In this document: one piece after another, positions 1 to 10,020 of the stretch | How the letters are laid out: each line of letters starts with the position of its first letter | Position numbering within the stretch: the stretch's first letter is position 1 | From: Endozoicomonas sp. | GTDB lineage: Bacteria > Pseudomonadota > Gammaproteobacteria > Pseudomonadales > Endozoicomonadaceae | Assembly (NCBI RefSeq): GCF_965196975.1 | Contig: NZ_OZ239981.1 | Location: 366,374 to 398,373, forward strand | DNA length: 32,000 bases | Direction of reading: 5' to 3' | The notes under the pieces: model-generated | The model's input: the letters and a program-made list of their open reading frames with translations, nothing else | What the model was told of the DNA's origin: nothing | The model's database searches: none | Translations under genes and position numbers: made by a program

Positions 1-1090
1 GCGACAGGTTTTTGATCCAGGTAGACCCGGAGAATTTGAAGTTACCGCGTACTGGGCAGACGTTAAAGTATGTCCTTGTGGTAAACGGAACACCGCTGAG
101 TTTCCCCAAGGAGTGAAAGCCGCTGCTCAATACGGAGAAGTGACTCAGGCAATGGCTGTTCATTTAAACCAGTATCACTTCATCCCATATCACCGGGTGT
201 CTGAGTATTTCAATACTATTTATTGCATGAGTGTCAGCGCAGGCTCTGTTGCCAATTTTGTTGCCTATACCCATGAGAACCTGGCCTCTACTGAGCAGAG
301 TATCCGCGATGCTTTACAAGAAAGTCCGGTTGCAGGAGCGGATGAAACTGGCATGCGGGTTGACGGTTCACTGTGGTGGTTACACATTATGCGAGATGAC
401 CAATGGACGCTTTACTACCTCTCAGAAAGGCGAGGTTGTGAAGCAATGGATGCAATGGGCATCCTGCTGACTTTTGCAGGCATTCTGGTTCACGATCATT
501 GGAAGTCCTACTTTGCCTATGCGGCAGTGCATGTGCTTTGTAATGCCCATCATCTGAGAGAGCTTCAGGGAGTTGTCGATAGGGATGCGAATAAGCTGGC
601 TCTGCGGCTGATGAAATTGCTTACGCTCTCCTGGCACTTCTGCAAGAAATACAAAGCAGCCGGTCTGACTCAAATGCCTGGTGCAATACAGCTTCGCATT
701 GAGACGATATACGACCAAATCCTTCAAAGGGCTCTCACGAAGGAAACCGCTTATATGGAAAAACAACGACAGGTGCTTGGACGTAAGAAGGTCAGGAATA
801 CCAAGGCCTACAACCTGTTCAAAAGGCTTATTGAGTTTAAGGTTGAAACGTTGCGCTTCATGTCGGACTTTTCAATTCCCTTCGATAACAATGGCAGTGA
901 ACGTGATGCCAGGATGGCCAAACTTAAGCAGAAGATCTCAGGCTGCTTCAGAAGCGAAGACGGAGGTACCATGTTTACCCGAATCCGAAGCTATTTATCA
1001 TCTGCTAAAAAGCAGGGGTTGAACATATTTCAGGCGCTTCTTAAAGCGGTTCGAAATTACAACAATACGCCTTTGCTGGGTGCTGAATAG
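1..1090 (+). CDS. IS66-family transposase (TnpC/DDE type), 5' end cut off by the window edge
   Basis: Contains ADETGMRVDGSLWWLHIMRD, VHDHWKSYF, CNAHHLREL and FSIPFDNNGSERDARM, typical of IS66 DDE transposases. The track start at 113 is internal to the gene. Confidence 0.93.
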   Translation, partial: RQVFDPGRPGEFEVTAYWADVKVCPCGKRNTAEFPQGVKAAAQYGEVTQAMAVHLNQYHFIPYHRVSEYFNTIYCMSVSAGSVANFVAYTHENLASTEQSIRDALQESPVAGADETGMRVDGSLWWLHIMRDDQWTLYYLSERRGCEAMDAMGILLTFAGILVHDHWKSYFAYAAVHVLCNAHHLRELQGVVDRDANKLALRLMKLLTLSWHFCKKYKAAGLTQMPGAIQLRIETIYDQILQRALTKETAYMEKQRQVLGRKKVRNTKAYNLFKRLIEFKVETLRFMSDFSIPFDNNGSERDARMAKLKQKISGCFRSEDGGTMFTRIRSYLSSAKKQGLNIFQALLKAVRNYNNTPLLGAE

Positions 1091-1094
1091 TTAC
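1..1094 (+). mobile_element. IS66-family element, right part (left end is outside the window)
   Basis: The sequence from position 1 matches 20680-21773 at a constant offset of 20679 with no length difference. The element ends in GGGTGCTGAATAGTTAC at 1078-1094. The 325-aa ORF at 113-1090 is identical to the C-terminal part of the complete transposase at 20264-21769. Confidence 0.95.
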
Positions 1095-1247
1095 CAATAA
1101 ATTAATGGTTGCTTTATTTTTGAAAAATGAGATGGCCTGATAAGGTGTTGATTTATACCTCCCCCTGATTTGGCTATTGAATAGGCTCTTGAAAATCTTC
1201 AGCCCTACCGATGTATATAAGTTGGGATTGTATGTAAGGTTTATAAT

Positions 1248-1839
1248 ATGCATGTAGAAGATGGACTTACATATTGCTTTCAGTTTAAGCAAGGTGGCAG
1301 GATTCAGGCCGCAAAATTAGCATATGACCTTGATTTTCAAGAAAATAAAAAGTCGAATTTAAAACATGTTGTTTGTGCCGCCAAAGCATTTTTTAGTCGG
1401 CAAGTAACGATAGCTTCAGAAAGTTTAAAAAAGCCTGAGCTACAGCACCTTACCAAAAAACTGACTGGTGATATTCGTAACAAAAATATTAGAAAGGTTA
1501 CTACTACAGCTGGTGTTGATCCTATAAGAAAAAGGGGGGACGCTCAAAGCTATACAAGACAGACGGTTATCCGGACCTGGCCATATAAAAGTTTAAAACA
1601 CCCTGGTCATGCGTCTTTATCAATCAAAGACTCTTCTTCTAGCAGAGAACGTCCAAAGCATGTTTATCTCAGTTGGTGGCCCGCGAAAAAAATTAAATCT
1701 AAGTTCAATAGCTTTCTAAAACGGATCAATATGGGTGACTTAAGTGTAAAAGTGGCTGGTACAAATAGTTCGTATAAAATGGATAAGCGTGAAGAAATAA
1801 GTGCAAGGACGCAAGCCCGACTGGTTTCAGGTGCAGGTA
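1248..1839 (+). pseudogene. 5' part of a putative effector/papain-like cysteine protease-like gene interrupted by an ISKra4-like element
   Basis: ATG at 1248 has AAGG upstream and an in-frame stop at 1218-1220, so the gene start looks intact. Residues HPGHASLSI...RPKHVYLSWWPAKK. Removing the IS and one TSD joins this frame to 3239-4101 without a shift (592+863=1455 nt). Confidence 0.75.
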
Positions 1840-3230
1840 GGGTGCTCTCTCTGAATGATTGAAACAATAGTGCTCTATTTTCACAGCTACTATGGGAACA
1901 CCACTCATAATAGTTAACTGTCATGCCCGCTTCTGTTATTTCCAGCTCTACCAAAAGCATCGTTTTGCAAATTGAAGTTTCTATAGATTCAGGCAACATG
2001 CTGAATCTTGAAGATAGTTTACAGCGTGCACTCAATGAAGCCGGGCAGCTTGGAACAAAAGAGTTATTGGGGCTATTTGAATCACCCAATAAAGAACCTA
2101 TCGTCGTTAATCAGCAGAAGTGGAACTACAAAGGAAAGGTTCTTAAGCACTATGAAACCTTATACGGTCGTATACCTTTGGAGCGCTCCGTATATCAGGG
2201 TGTCAGAGGTGGCAGTACTCTGGCAGCACTTGATCTTCGTGCCGGTATTATTGGTTCAGCTACCCCCAAATTTGCCAAGTCTATCGCCTGGAAATACAGC
2301 CAGATGCCAGCGCCTGCGGTAAAAGAAGATTTTGAGACCAACCATCAAAGGACGCTTTCAAATTCTTATATCAAGCATTTATCGGACAGAGTAGGTGCAT
2401 TAATTGAAGACCAGCAAGACACTCACTACCACCTTCCTCCACTAAAAGAGCCTGTTGAAACAATAGCCATTGGTCTGGATGGAACCTGCATGCTGCTTTG
2501 TGAAGAAGGCTGGAGGGAAGCCATGTGTGGGACATTGAGCCTATATTCTGCAGATGGAGACAGGCTCCACACGATATATACAGCCAGTTCGCCAGAGTAT
2601 GGTAAACAAAGCTTTATGAGCAAGCTCGACGAGGAGATTGCAGATCTAAAACGACTCTACCCAAATGCCACATACATCGGGGTAGCTGACGGGGCTAGAG
2701 AAAACTGGAGTTATTTGAAACAACATACCTCTGGGCAGATACTCGATTTTTATCATGCATCTGAATATTTAGCTGGAGCAGCGGAAGCACTGTTTCCAAC
2801 CAGTAAGGCGAAGCGACACCAGTGGCTTGAAGACAGGCTACATAGTTTGAAAAACAAGCGTGGAGCAGCCAAAAAAATCCTTCAGGAAATTGAATCAGCC
2901 GAGCTCCCGAAAAAGACAATCGCACTGACAGAGAAGCGCTACAAAGCTGTGAGCTATTTTACAAACAATCACCAGTTAATGAATTATCATCAGGCGCTTA
3001 AACGCCATTGGCCAATAGGTTCAGGAGTTACTGAAGCGGCTTGTAAGACTCTGGTAAAGCAACGATTATGTGGTTCTGGAATGAGGTGGAAAGCAACAGG
3101 AGCGGAAGTGCTTTTGACAACAAGAGCACTGATCCAGAGTAAGGGGCGCTGGGAACAACTTTGGTCTGAGTTCATGACTGGAAAGGTTGAAGCTAACCTA
3201 TGAGTCAGTTATCAAATTGAGAGAGAACCC
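1840..3230 (+). mobile_element. ISKra4-family-like insertion sequence, about 1391 bp
   Basis: Imperfect terminal inverted repeats: left GGGTGCTCTCTCTGAAT at 1840, right end reverse complement GGGTTCTCTCTCAAT ending at 3230. An 8-bp direct repeat TGCAGGTA lies at 1832-1839 and 3231-3238. A single transposase ORF is inside. Confidence 0.88.
1923..3203 (+). CDS. ISKra4-family-like transposase
   Basis: 426 aa. Motifs include VETIAIGLDGTCMLLCEEGWREAMCGTLSLY, YIGVADGARENW, ILDFYHASEYL and HWPIGSGVTEAACKTLVKQRLCGSGMRW, characteristic of ISKra4-type transposases. Confidence 0.85.
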   Translation: MPASVISSSTKSIVLQIEVSIDSGNMLNLEDSLQRALNEAGQLGTKELLGLFESPNKEPIVVNQQKWNYKGKVLKHYETLYGRIPLERSVYQGVRGGSTLAALDLRAGIIGSATPKFAKSIAWKYSQMPAPAVKEDFETNHQRTLSNSYIKHLSDRVGALIEDQQDTHYHLPPLKEPVETIAIGLDGTCMLLCEEGWREAMCGTLSLYSADGDRLHTIYTASSPEYGKQSFMSKLDEEIADLKRLYPNATYIGVADGARENWSYLKQHTSGQILDFYHASEYLAGAAEALFPTSKAKRHQWLEDRLHSLKNKRGAAKKILQEIESAELPKKTIALTEKRYKAVSYFTNNHQLMNYHQALKRHWPIGSGVTEAACKTLVKQRLCGSGMRWKATGAEVLLTTRALIQSKGRWEQLWSEFMTGKVEANL

Positions 3231-4101
3231 TGCAGGTAATCATGATGATCTGAAAGGATATGACTATTTTTCTGATGCAGTCATAGAGGAGGCTAAGGTT
3301 TCTCCAATTCAACCCAGACCCCGCCAAGTGCCGCTTCGCGACACTAGGTTATGGGGAATGCAAGCAGACAAGGTATATGTGCCGCTTATTGGCCCTAATA
3401 CTGAGATTGAGGGCAATCGAGCAACATTTACACTGTTTGGCCTCAATGAATTTAAAATGGAGAATTTTGCAAGGCAGCGTTATAGAGATGCTCAAGATGA
3501 AAAAGCGTTTTATGGTCTTGTCAGTCCTGATGATTCATGCTCAGGAGTGATTTTAAATACGCTTCGCCATGGGGGTGCTGATTACTATACAAAAACAGAT
3601 GATGCATTATTGGTCACTGATCCTAACCTTTTGCATAAAATTTCTATTCGTCTGCATAATCGAATAGATGATTTGAATAGGAAGGCTGAATTTCTATCAA
3701 GTCAGTTGATTCTGTTGTCCCGCTCAGAGAGCTCTGGCTTTCCAGGAAAAAACAGTACAGATAAAAGCCTCCAGTTAAAAAGTGCTGTTGACCATCTCAA
3801 ACAGACGATACGATCCTCTAAAACTCCCAATAAGGTGCGTGATCATTTACAAAGAGTTCGAGCTTGTTTGAAAGACTTTAACAACGCAAAGTGCTCTCTA
3901 GATGACTTGACACCAAAGGCAATCAAGTTTGTAGAGGCTCTGTATAAGTCCTGTGATAGCTTTAAGGATGTTGAGCAGCATCTGTTGATGTTCAAGCCTG
4001 CTCTAGAAGCATTTGAAGTCATTAAAGAGCTTGTCACTGAGGCTTGCAGTGAAGAGAGCTTTAATAGAACTGTTTCAGACATTCCCATCATTAGCTTTTA
4101 G
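3231..4101 (+). pseudogene. 3' part of the interrupted putative effector gene
   Basis: The host frame resumes at AGNHDDLKGYDYF. It contains SPDDSCSGVILNTLRHGGADYYT and ends at TAG 4099-4101. The track ORF start at 3187 lies inside the IS and is artefactual. Confidence 0.75.
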
Positions 4102-4396
4102 CGCTAAAAAATGGTTTAGGTCGTGATCAAAATTGCCTGTGCTCGCTGCTACTATCTCCTCAAGTAGGAATTGAGTTATAAGGCCTGAAAATACTTATGA
4201 AAATAAGTGTATGAAGATATTCTAGTTAATCCTTTGCTGTTTATGCAGATCATTGATGGAGCTTGCAAGCTTCTTTCATCGAACATTTTAGTTCCTTACT
4301 GATATAATCTCGTCCCCGACAGTTTTCTAACTTATATCGCCGCATTATTATGTGGTGGTATGGATAGGGGTGAGACACTATATAAGGGGATGCTTG

Positions 4397-5080
4397 TTGT
4401 TAGAGGTAGTAAAATTAAGCTGTGAGCGGGACGACAGGCTGCTCTTCAGTAACTTGTCCTTTCAGCTTGGTCGTGGCGAAATTCTCCAGATTGAAGGGCG
4501 AAACGGTGCAGGAAAAACATCGCTGCTTCGTATTATTGCTGGCTTTTCATCCAGTCTCGATGGGAATATCTTCTGGAACGACCAGCCTTTATCGAAGTTT
4601 TATGCTGACTTTCGCCTTGACTGCTTCTTTCTTGGTCATAAACCTGGGCTGAAACTTGACCTGACCCCCCTGGAAAACCTTACCTGGCGAGCCAAACTGG
4701 CCAATACAGTAATCAATCGAGAAGTGTTGCTCTCGGCTCTTGATCGGGTGCAGCTTGCTGGTTATGAAGACATTCCCTGTAGCCATCTATCGGCCGGACA
4801 GTTAAGACGGGTGGCTTTTGCTGGTCTGATTGCCAGCCGGGCACGACTCTGGATTCTCGATGAGCCATTCACTGCGATTGATATTGAAGGTGTCTCCTGG
4901 CTGGAGAGACTCTTTGATGAGCACACCCAACACGGCGGTATGGTGCTGATAACCAGCCATCAACCATTAAATGATCGTCAGGGAAAACTGCGCAAGTTGA
5001 ATTTGGAACGCTTTGCCTTACAGAGAGGTGCAGAAGAAAGAGCTGCTGATGACAGGGAGGCCCTGGATGTCGAACTTTGA
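4397..5080 (+). CDS. ccmA: Heme exporter ATP-binding protein CcmA
   Basis: ABC ATPase with Walker A EGRNGAGKTSLLR, signature HLSAGQLRRVAFA and Walker B LWILDEPFTAID, first in the ccm operon. The start is uncertain: TTG near 4397 fits the family better than the 4352 track start. Confidence 0.92.
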   Translation: MLEVVKLSCERDDRLLFSNLSFQLGRGEILQIEGRNGAGKTSLLRIIAGFSSSLDGNIFWNDQPLSKFYADFRLDCFFLGHKPGLKLDLTPLENLTWRAKLANTVINREVLLSALDRVQLAGYEDIPCSHLSAGQLRRVAFAGLIASRARLWILDEPFTAIDIEGVSWLERLFDEHTQHGGMVLITSHQPLNDRQGKLRKLNLERFALQRGAEERAADDREALDVEL

Positions 5081-5090
5081 TAAGCAATCC

Positions 5091-5765
5091 ATGCATGGTT
5101 TTTCAGCCTGTCTTGCCCTGATTCGCCGAGACCTGACGCTTACATTTCGGTCACCTGGTCAGGCTGTTAATCCCATGGCGTTCTTTTTGATGGTGGCTAC
5201 TTTATTTCCCCTTGGTATTGCACCAGACCGGGAAGTGCTTTCAGAACTGGCGGCTGGAGTTATCTGGATTGGTGCTTTATTAGCTGTTTTGCTGTCGCTT
5301 GACTCACTGTTCAAAAGTGACCAGGACGATGGGGCTTTGGACCAATTATTAATGTCACCACACCCGCTGCCCTTACTGGTATTGGCAAAAGTGTTCAGTC
5401 ACTGGTTGACCAGTGGTTTTTGTTTAACACTGATGGCGCCATTGCTGGCCATCATGCTGCACCTGCCAATAGAGGCCTTTTCCGCTCTTATGGTGACGCT
5501 TTTATTGGGAACACCTGTCCTCAGTCTGGCAGGGGCCATTGGAGCTGCATTAACGGTAAAAGTACAGCGTGGTGGAGTGTTGCTGACTCTGCTTTCCCTA
5601 CCGCTTTACATACCGGTGCTGATTTTTGCCACGGGGGCCGTTAATGCTGCAATGCAAAACATGCCGTATTCAGGCCATATTCTCTGGCTGTCTGTTTTCC
5701 TGATACTTGGGATATGTCTGGCACCGCTGGCGATTGCCGGGGCATTAAGGGTGATTAATGAGTAA
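5091..5765 (+). CDS. ccmB: Heme exporter permease CcmB
   Basis: LIRRDLTLTFRSPGQAVNPMAFFLMVATLFPLGI, multi-TM protein downstream of ccmA. ATG at 5091 (MHGFSACLALIRRD) is preferred to the track start at 5013. Confidence 0.93.
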   Translation: MHGFSACLALIRRDLTLTFRSPGQAVNPMAFFLMVATLFPLGIAPDREVLSELAAGVIWIGALLAVLLSLDSLFKSDQDDGALDQLLMSPHPLPLLVLAKVFSHWLTSGFCLTLMAPLLAIMLHLPIEAFSALMVTLLLGTPVLSLAGAIGAALTVKVQRGGVLLTLLSLPLYIPVLIFATGAVNAAMQNMPYSGHILWLSVFLILGICLAPLAIAGALRVINE

Positions 5766-5900
5766 TGAATGTTTTTCAGGATATGGTAAAGAGTCTTGTC
5801 TTTATTCAGGCAATTTCTTGAAAAATGAAGAGATTTCCAGCATTGTGTCCCTGCAAAATCAGGTCGCATTGGTGGCGGCCTCAGTAAGTAGAACAAGATC

Positions 5901-6635
5901 ATGAACTGGACGTTTTTTCATAAGTTAGGCTCTCCCAAGTGGTTTTATGATATCAGCGGGAAGTGGCTGCCCTGGCTTCAGGTGTCGTCCCTGGTGCTGA
6001 TATTGGTGGCGCTTGTCTGGGGACTGGCGTTTACTCCACCGGATTATCTGCAGGGCAACAGCTACCGAATCATCTTTATTCACGTGCCTGCCTCATTTCT
6101 TGCCCAGGCGGTCTATATGATGATGGCAACGGCAGCGGCAGTGACTTTGATCTGGAAAATCAAACTGGCCGATATGGCACTGAAAGTCATGGCGCCCATT
6201 GGGGCTTCTTTCTGCATACTGTCTCTGGCTACCGGAGCCATCTGGGGGCAGCCGACCTGGGGTACCTGGTGGGTATGGGATGCGCGCCTGACTTCTATGT
6301 TGATTCTGCTTTTCCTGTACATCGGCATTATTGCTCTGCGCGGTGCAATCCATACAACGGAAGCTGCAGCTAAAGCCTGTGCGATCCTCAGTCTGGTAGG
6401 GGTTGTGAATATTCCGATCATCAAGTTTTCTGTGGATTGGTGGAATACCCTCCACCAGGGAGCCACACTGAAGCTGACTGAAAAACCATCCATGGCACCT
6501 GAAATGCTGTGGCCCCTGCTATTGGCCATTCTCGGATTTTATCTGTTCTTTACGCTGGTGATGGTGCTTCGTCTTCGTATAGAAATTCTGAGTCGTGAAC
6601 GAAAGACCCGCTGGGTAAAAGAGCTGGTGAGTTGA
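5901..6635 (+). CDS. ccmC: Heme exporter/lyase subunit CcmC
   Basis: Contains IIFIHVPASFLAQ and the WGTWWVWDARLTSMLILLFLYIGI tryptophan-rich motif. Confidence 0.96.
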   Translation: MNWTFFHKLGSPKWFYDISGKWLPWLQVSSLVLILVALVWGLAFTPPDYLQGNSYRIIFIHVPASFLAQAVYMMMATAAAVTLIWKIKLADMALKVMAPIGASFCILSLATGAIWGQPTWGTWWVWDARLTSMLILLFLYIGIIALRGAIHTTEAAAKACAILSLVGVVNIPIIKFSVDWWNTLHQGATLKLTEKPSMAPEMLWPLLLAILGFYLFFTLVMVLRLRIEILSRERKTRWVKELVS

Positions 6636-6958
6636 TGTCTATGTATTTTGACAGTTGGAATGGTTTTCTGGCCATGGAGGGGCATGGGCTTTATGTCTGG
6701 AGTGCCTACGCCGTTGCTGTGATAGTGATTGCTTACAACCTGATTTCACCGTTTATGGCAAAACGGCAGGTTGTTGCGCAAGTGAGACGACAGGAACGAT
6801 TGGTCAAAAGAAAAGTCATCGTAAATGACTTCAAGGTCACTACAGATAGTGGTGATGACATGGAACCACGCTTTGCCAACCCTGGAAGCACACAACAAAA
6901 ACATCGCGCTGAGCGACAGGAAGAAAGCCCTGAGTCTGTAGAGAGGAGCGCCCAATGA
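6632..6958 (+). CDS. ccmD: Heme exporter protein CcmD
   Basis: SWNGFLAMEGHGLYVWSAYAVAVIVIAYNLISP, with overlapping start/stop with ccmC and ccmE. Confidence 0.88.
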   Translation: MMSMYFDSWNGFLAMEGHGLYVWSAYAVAVIVIAYNLISPFMAKRQVVAQVRRQERLVKRKVIVNDFKVTTDSGDDMEPRFANPGSTQQKHRAERQEESPESVERSAQ

Positions 6959-7455
6959 ATGCAGTTCGCAAACAGAGATTAATACTCGTATTACTGCTGC
7001 TGGCAGGCGTTGGTTTGGCTGTGGCTCTGATGTTGTTTGCGCTTCGTGAGAACATTAATCACTACTTCTCTCCCGCTCAGATGGCTGCTGGTGAAGCTCC
7101 GGTTGGTCAGCGGATGCGTGGTGGTGGTCTGGTGGTTCCGGGCTCAGTTGAGCGTGATACCGACAGCCTGAAGGTGAGCTTTCGCATCAGTGATGGTGCT
7201 GGAGAAGTGACTGTCCGTTATGAGGGTATTCTGCCAGATCTGTTTGTTGAAGGTTCTGGCGTCGTTGCCCTGGGGAAACTCAGTAATGACGGCGTTTTTG
7301 AAGCGTCAGAAGTGTTGGCCAAGCATGATGAGAACTATATGCCCCCGGAAGTGCAGAAAGCCATTGATGACGCACATCCAAAGTCGGGTTACTCAAAGCC
7401 GGCTGCACAAACCACTGCTCAAAGTGAGCTGAGGAGTCTGCAAGATGGTAGCTGA
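6955..7455 (+). CDS. ccmE: Cytochrome c maturation heme chaperone CcmE
   Basis: N-terminal TM, VPGSVERD, GILPDLFVEGSGVVALGKL and the heme-binding region LAKHDENYMPPEV. Confidence 0.95.
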   Translation: MNAVRKQRLILVLLLLAGVGLAVALMLFALRENINHYFSPAQMAAGEAPVGQRMRGGGLVVPGSVERDTDSLKVSFRISDGAGEVTVRYEGILPDLFVEGSGVVALGKLSNDGVFEASEVLAKHDENYMPPEVQKAIDDAHPKSGYSKPAAQTTAQSELRSLQDGS

Positions 7456-9445
7456 AGCTGGCCTGCTGGCTCTGATTATTGCACTGTGTCTGAGTCTTTT
7501 GCTCAGTATCTTCCCTCTGGTGGGCAGTTACACCGGTAATATCCGCTTGATGAATCAGGCCCGCTCCCTGTCCTGGGGGCTGTTTGCCTTTGTCGGCTTT
7601 TCTTTTTTATGCCTGGTCTGGGCATTTATTACTGACGATTTTTCTGTGGATTATGTCGCCAGACACTCAAACAGTCTGTTGCCTGTACAGTATAAAGTGA
7701 GTGCTACCTGGGGTGGGCACGAGGGATCGCTTCTGTTGTGGGTCCTGATTCTTGTCGGCTGGATGGCGATGGTCGCATTGAAAAGCTACCGCCTGCCTCC
7801 TGAACTGTCCGCCAGGGTACTCTCTGTCATGGGGATGATTACCGTTGGCTTTTTGCTGTTTACTCTGCTGACGTCAAACCCGTTTAACCGAATCTTGCCT
7901 TTTCCTCCGGAAGATGGTGCAGACCTGAACCCTCTGCTTCAGGATTTTGGCCTTATCGTTCATCCGCCTATGCTTTACATGGGCTACGTTGGTTTTGCCG
8001 TTGCCTTTGCCTTTGCCATTGCCGCACTTCTGGGTGGACAGCTTGATACTGCCTGGGCTCGCTGGGCCAGACCATGGACGACAGTGGCCTGGGTTTTTCT
8101 GACCCTGGGAATTTCACTGGGTAGCTGGTGGGCATATTACGAGCTTGGCTGGGGTGGCTGGTGGTTCTGGGATCCGGTGGAAAATGCTTCTCTGATGCCC
8201 TGGCTGGTGGGAACGGCACTGATTCACTCTCTAGCAGTAACAGAAAAACGCGGACTGTTTAAGAGCTGGACGCTGCTGCTGGCCATCTTTACCTTCTCAT
8301 TGAGTCTGCTGGGTACATTCCTGGTTCGCTCCGGTGTACTCACATCGGTCCATGCTTTCGCCAATGATCCGGAAAGAGGTGTCTTTATCCTTTTTTACCT
8401 GATGATTGTCGTTGGTGCATCGTTGACGCTGTTTGCCCTCCGGGCGCCTGAGGTACGCAGTCGAATCAGTTTTTCCATGGCATCCAGGGAAACACTGCTG
8501 CTGGTCAATAATATTTTGCTGACCGCCAGCGCTGCGACGGTGCTTCTCGGAACTTTATTCCCGCTGCTTCTGGAATCACTCGATATGGGCATGATTTCAG
8601 TTGGGCCTCCTTATTTTAATTTTGTGTTTGTCCCAATGGCCATGATGCTGGCCTTTGCCCTGGGTTTTGGTGTTCTGCTCAACTGGAAGAACGGTTCCGT
8701 TAAATGGCTGATCAGCCAGACTCGATGGATTTTGCTGGTATCCATCATAGGTGGTTTAGGGTTCAGCCTGTTCTACGGTGAAAGCTTCCTGATCAGTGAA
8801 GTGCTGGCCATGGCACTGGTGCTTTGGATCGTGCTCACCATGGTCCGGGATATTCTGAATAAAACCCGAAACACCCGGGCTAAAAACGGACTGATGGAGG
8901 CATTAACGCGACTGAAACCCGCGTATTACGGGATGCATCTGGCGCACCTGGGCTTGGCCGTCACTATTGTTGGTGTCGCAATCACCAGTGGTTACAGCAG
9001 TCAGCGTGACTTGCGTATGGCTCCCGGTGACCGGGTAACCCTCGGTGAGTATCAGTTCCGTTTTGATGGTGTCAGGTTGCAACCCGGCCCTAACTATACA
9101 TCCGAATACGGTTCAGTGACTGTATACGAAAATGGTCGTCAAATAGCGGTGCTGCACCCTGAGAAGCGAGTCTATACCGCGCAGCAGATGCCCATGACAG
9201 AAGCCTCCATTGACCCCGGACTAACCCGTGATATTTATGTTGCGCTGGGGGAGCCATTGGGTGATGACGGTAGCTGGGCCCTGAGACTGCATATTAAGCC
9301 TTTTGTCCGCTGGATCTGGCTGGGCTCCATATTTATGGGGCTTGGTGGTGTTGTGGCGATCTCAGACCGGCGATACAGAATGAAAGTGCGTCAGAAAGTG
9401 AGCGCATTGAGGCCGTCTGGAAATGAGGGAGTAGCCAGCGCATGA
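7445..9445 (+). CDS. ccmF: Heme lyase CcmF
   Basis: 666 aa multi-TM protein with WGGHEGSLLLW, YVGFAVAFAFAIAALLGG and LGWGGWWFWDPVENASLMPWL. Confidence 0.97.
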   Translation: MVAEAGLLALIIALCLSLLLSIFPLVGSYTGNIRLMNQARSLSWGLFAFVGFSFLCLVWAFITDDFSVDYVARHSNSLLPVQYKVSATWGGHEGSLLLWVLILVGWMAMVALKSYRLPPELSARVLSVMGMITVGFLLFTLLTSNPFNRILPFPPEDGADLNPLLQDFGLIVHPPMLYMGYVGFAVAFAFAIAALLGGQLDTAWARWARPWTTVAWVFLTLGISLGSWWAYYELGWGGWWFWDPVENASLMPWLVGTALIHSLAVTEKRGLFKSWTLLLAIFTFSLSLLGTFLVRSGVLTSVHAFANDPERGVFILFYLMIVVGASLTLFALRAPEVRSRISFSMASRETLLLVNNILLTASAATVLLGTLFPLLLESLDMGMISVGPPYFNFVFVPMAMMLAFALGFGVLLNWKNGSVKWLISQTRWILLVSIIGGLGFSLFYGESFLISEVLAMALVLWIVLTMVRDILNKTRNTRAKNGLMEALTRLKPAYYGMHLAHLGLAVTIVGVAITSGYSSQRDLRMAPGDRVTLGEYQFRFDGVRLQPGPNYTSEYGSVTVYENGRQIAVLHPEKRVYTAQQMPMTEASIDPGLTRDIYVALGEPLGDDGSWALRLHIKPFVRWIWLGSIFMGLGGVVAISDRRYRMKVRQKVSALRPSGNEGVASA

Positions 9446-10020
9446 AGCGACGTTTGCAGCTGTTTTTGCCGCTGGCGATTTTTCTCGGGCTTTGCCTGAT
9501 GTTTTATGTGGCGCTATTCCGGGATAACCCGGGAGAGCTGCCATCCGCCTTGCTGGATCAGCCCTTACCGACATTTGAACTGGCAACGGTTAAGAATCCT
9601 GACAGAACAGTGACCAGAGAGAGCCTGCTGGGTGAAGTCGCCCTGATCAACGTCTGGGCCACCTGGTGCCCTGCCTGTCGTGTAGAGCATCCATATCTCG
9701 TGGATCTGGCCAATAAAGGCATTCCGATTTATGGTGTGAACTACAAGGATGATCAGCCTGAAGCCAGAAAGTGGCTGAAGACGCTGCATGACCCTTATCG
9801 CTTCAGCATCAACGATAAGAGCGGTTCTCTGGGCATAGATCTGGGCGTTTATGGCGCACCGGAAACCTATTTAATCGATCATCAAGGCGTTATTCGGTAT
9901 AAGCATGTCGGCATTGTTGATGCCAATGTCTGGAAAAATGACCTTGAGCCCAGGTTCAGGCATCTGAAAGAGAAGGCGCTCAAAGCATCCGCAAATAATC
10001 ATGAAGGGGAGGCCAAGTGA
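9442..10020 (+). CDS. ccmG: Thiol:disulfide interchange protein CcmG/DsbE
   Basis: Membrane-anchored thioredoxin-like protein with NVWATWCPACRVEHPYL and GVYGAPETYLIDHQGVIRYKHVG. Confidence 0.95.
   Translation: MKRRLQLFLPLAIFLGLCLMFYVALFRDNPGELPSALLDQPLPTFELATVKNPDRTVTRESLLGEVALINVWATWCPACRVEHPYLVDLANKGIPIYGVNYKDDQPEARKWLKTLHDPYRFSINDKSGSLGIDLGVYGAPETYLIDHQGVIRYKHVGIVDANVWKNDLEPRFRHLKEKALKASANNHEGEAK

Noticed and set aside
1041-1292. Minus-strand 83-aa ORF ending VTIQHPAKAYCCNFEPL
   Set aside because: It is formed by reading intergenic sequence into the IS66 right end. The shared tail is simply IS sequence and there is no upstream gene context.
3187-3237. Start of the 304-aa ORF (MKLTYESVIKLRENP...) as a real gene start
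   Set aside because: These codons lie in the right end of the ISKra4-like element. The host frame enters at the TSD, so the apparent start is artefactual.
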